From assembly GCF_006345805.1 (NCBI RefSeq), contig NC_042998.1:102362001-102426000 (forward strand): DNA of 64,000 nt, read 5' to 3'. The position numbers were made by a program, and so were the translations under genes. This DNA is from Octopus sinensis. Taxonomy: Eukaryota. How positions within the stretch are numbered: the stretch's first letter is position 1; every line of letters begins with the position of its first letter. This document shows, piece by piece, positions 61,901 to 64,000 of this stretch. Under the pieces are notes generated by a model. It saw only the letters and a list, made by a program, of their open reading frames with translations, had not been told where the DNA came from and searched no databases.

Positions 61901-64000
61901 TGTTTGCAACTAATATCCAGTGTTTGTATGGCGGCAAGTATTTCGATTTTAACCATTAATATGATTATCACGACTAACTTTGTTCTTAGTATTTCTATAG
62001 TTGAGGATGGCGTCAATGACGAAGTGCTTTCTGTTATTATCGCTTAATACTAATTTACAGCTTTTATCGCTTTCAATATGTTATTTTTGCCATCTTCTTA
62101 ATATCATCCACAGTTGTAACAATATCTGGCTCGCTTTGTTAACGAGTTTTGTGGTTTTGTTTCAGTTATTGTTTTGTTTATCCCCAAGTCAGTCACGTCA
62201 CTTGAGTAGAATTAGAATGAAATGCATTCTTATCGTAAACATCACTTCTTTAAAAGTTTCTACGAATAAAGGCTTCATTTGCAGAATATTTGGTTGATAT
62301 TTCTAGCGGACGGAGCTATCATGTACATAATTCTTTCAAATGCATGCATAGTTGTATGAACTCAATTTCCGTAGTAATTTCTCCCGCTAGGCTTTGAAGG
62401 TATTATAAAATAAGATAACACTGATCGGTTCTACAGAGTTTTATATTCTGCAGTACCTATTCAAAGCTAAGTTAACTGTAACCTTCCTAGTCCCATTCCG
62501 TTTGCAAATATTTATTGTTGTAGCACCATTTGTATATGATCACAAATGCAAAATATACATTATGCAGGAGGAAATATGTATCTTTTAAAAACACAAATCT
62601 TTGAGCGGAATATAAATGTTAAATGTGTAACATATCTTTCACTAGCTGGCTGATTCTGTGCTACCTGTATCAAAGCATTTCTGTACGTACTTCTACTCTT
62701 ATACTGTGCCGAATCTACACACGACACTGCAAAAGCTGGATGACCTACTATGATTGTTGCTTGTTCGCATTCTCATATTTGGGAAATCCAGTCAGTAATG
62801 GTAATACAATTAGAAATGCTTGATCAGGTTTTTAATACTTTTGCACTCCGTACGCATATAAATTTGCCTACTTATATGCATCGTTCTTGATTTCATGAAT
62901 TCCTTGTGCAGACTTCATATAGTGATTTTGCTTGATGTAAGTTATGATCTAATCGATTCCATGCAAAATCCAGTCCTATATTCCTCGGTTGTAGATTGGC
63001 ATTAAAATTTAAGTGTTAACCCCTCTAGAACATTTGTTGAAAGGGAAATATAGTGTGGGTTGACTAGCAAGATATAGGAAAATCTATATAAAATGTTTTA
63101 TTGACTTGCAAGTTATAGGAAAATCTGTACGAAAAGGTTTAAGAAGTTGTTCTAGTAAGTTGGAGCAACTAGAGTCAATAGACAAGAAGGAGAATAAAGC
63201 AAGAACAAGTACGTTTGGTAATTAAGTTCTTTTTGCTTTACTGTAACATCAGTTATTTCTGTATTCGTAGTCTTGTTCATAAAAAAAAAAATGATCTAAT
63301 GTATATTAGAAACCACACACAAATTGCTTATGTTTGGAAGGCATGAGACGTTAAGTTGTCCCATCTGCTACCAAAACAGCGATACATATATTCGTAATAT
63401 ATTCGATATTTCTATTTTCCATGTTCAACGTTTTACTACTCATTCTAATCTTACGGAGATAGTATTGTTATATTTTTTTCATGTGTTACGACGTACAAAT
63501 TTGACCGCATATGTTATACTAATTTTCTCTCTACTATCAATGTTAAAGTTCATACAAATAATCTAGTGAATTGAACTGATTACATTTTGGCTGTTGGCAC
63601 TCTACTAAGTTCAGAATTATCGTTCAAATATCAGCTGCCTCAAGATTTTATAAATTTGCCATTTCTAATTCATCATCACTTAATTCCACACCTATTTGTA
63701 TATTCCTTCTATTTGTATTGTATACCTTATTAATATTATTTGTCTTCTTTATCAATTCGATTTCATATGAATAATTTCTCTTAGATGAAACGTATTGAAA
63801 AGGAAGTAAATGTGCTAAGGATTTTTATAACGTCCACTACAAAAAATGATCATACCAGGAAGATGGTGATGATGACTCAAATGGAATATATTGCAAAGGT
63901 GGTTTATGTACACTGACGACATTAATCGCTATTTGCAATTGCTAATAGATCAGTTACAGTGAACGTGAATATAGAGTTTAAAATGGTTGTAAAGAAAGAA

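Overview
AT-rich, microsatellite-dense animal intergenic or intronic DNA. The repeat families point to an octopus or other coleoid cephalopod; this is inferred from recognised SINE/LINE types, not from a search. I found no credible host exon, rRNA, tRNA gene or CRISPR array. Nearly all long ORFs are microsatellite artefacts or decayed transposon genes: RTE, CR1, Dong/R4 and Penelope-like (PLE) retroelements, a mariner, tRNA-headed SINEs and an (AAT)n-associated ~545-bp non-coding retroposon. The main signal is an unusually dense set of type-I hammerhead ribozyme (HHR) motifs, about 10 with an intact CUGANGA core plus several decayed ones. Three sequence-unrelated foldback elements (2756-3545, 25447-25854, 32924-33966) carry a HHR with a large structured loop-II insert in each arm, always facing outward. 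A separate ~260-nt, multi-hairpin HHR-containing unit (31120-31377) resembles a retrozyme. There are also clear nested-insertion records: an RTE with a twin-priming-type 5' inversion and 9-bp TSD inside a CR1, a SINE with a 15-bp TSD inside the mariner, a SINE with a 19-bp TSD inside an older SINE, and a cluster of (AAT)n-targeted elements. All folds and alignments were done by eye.
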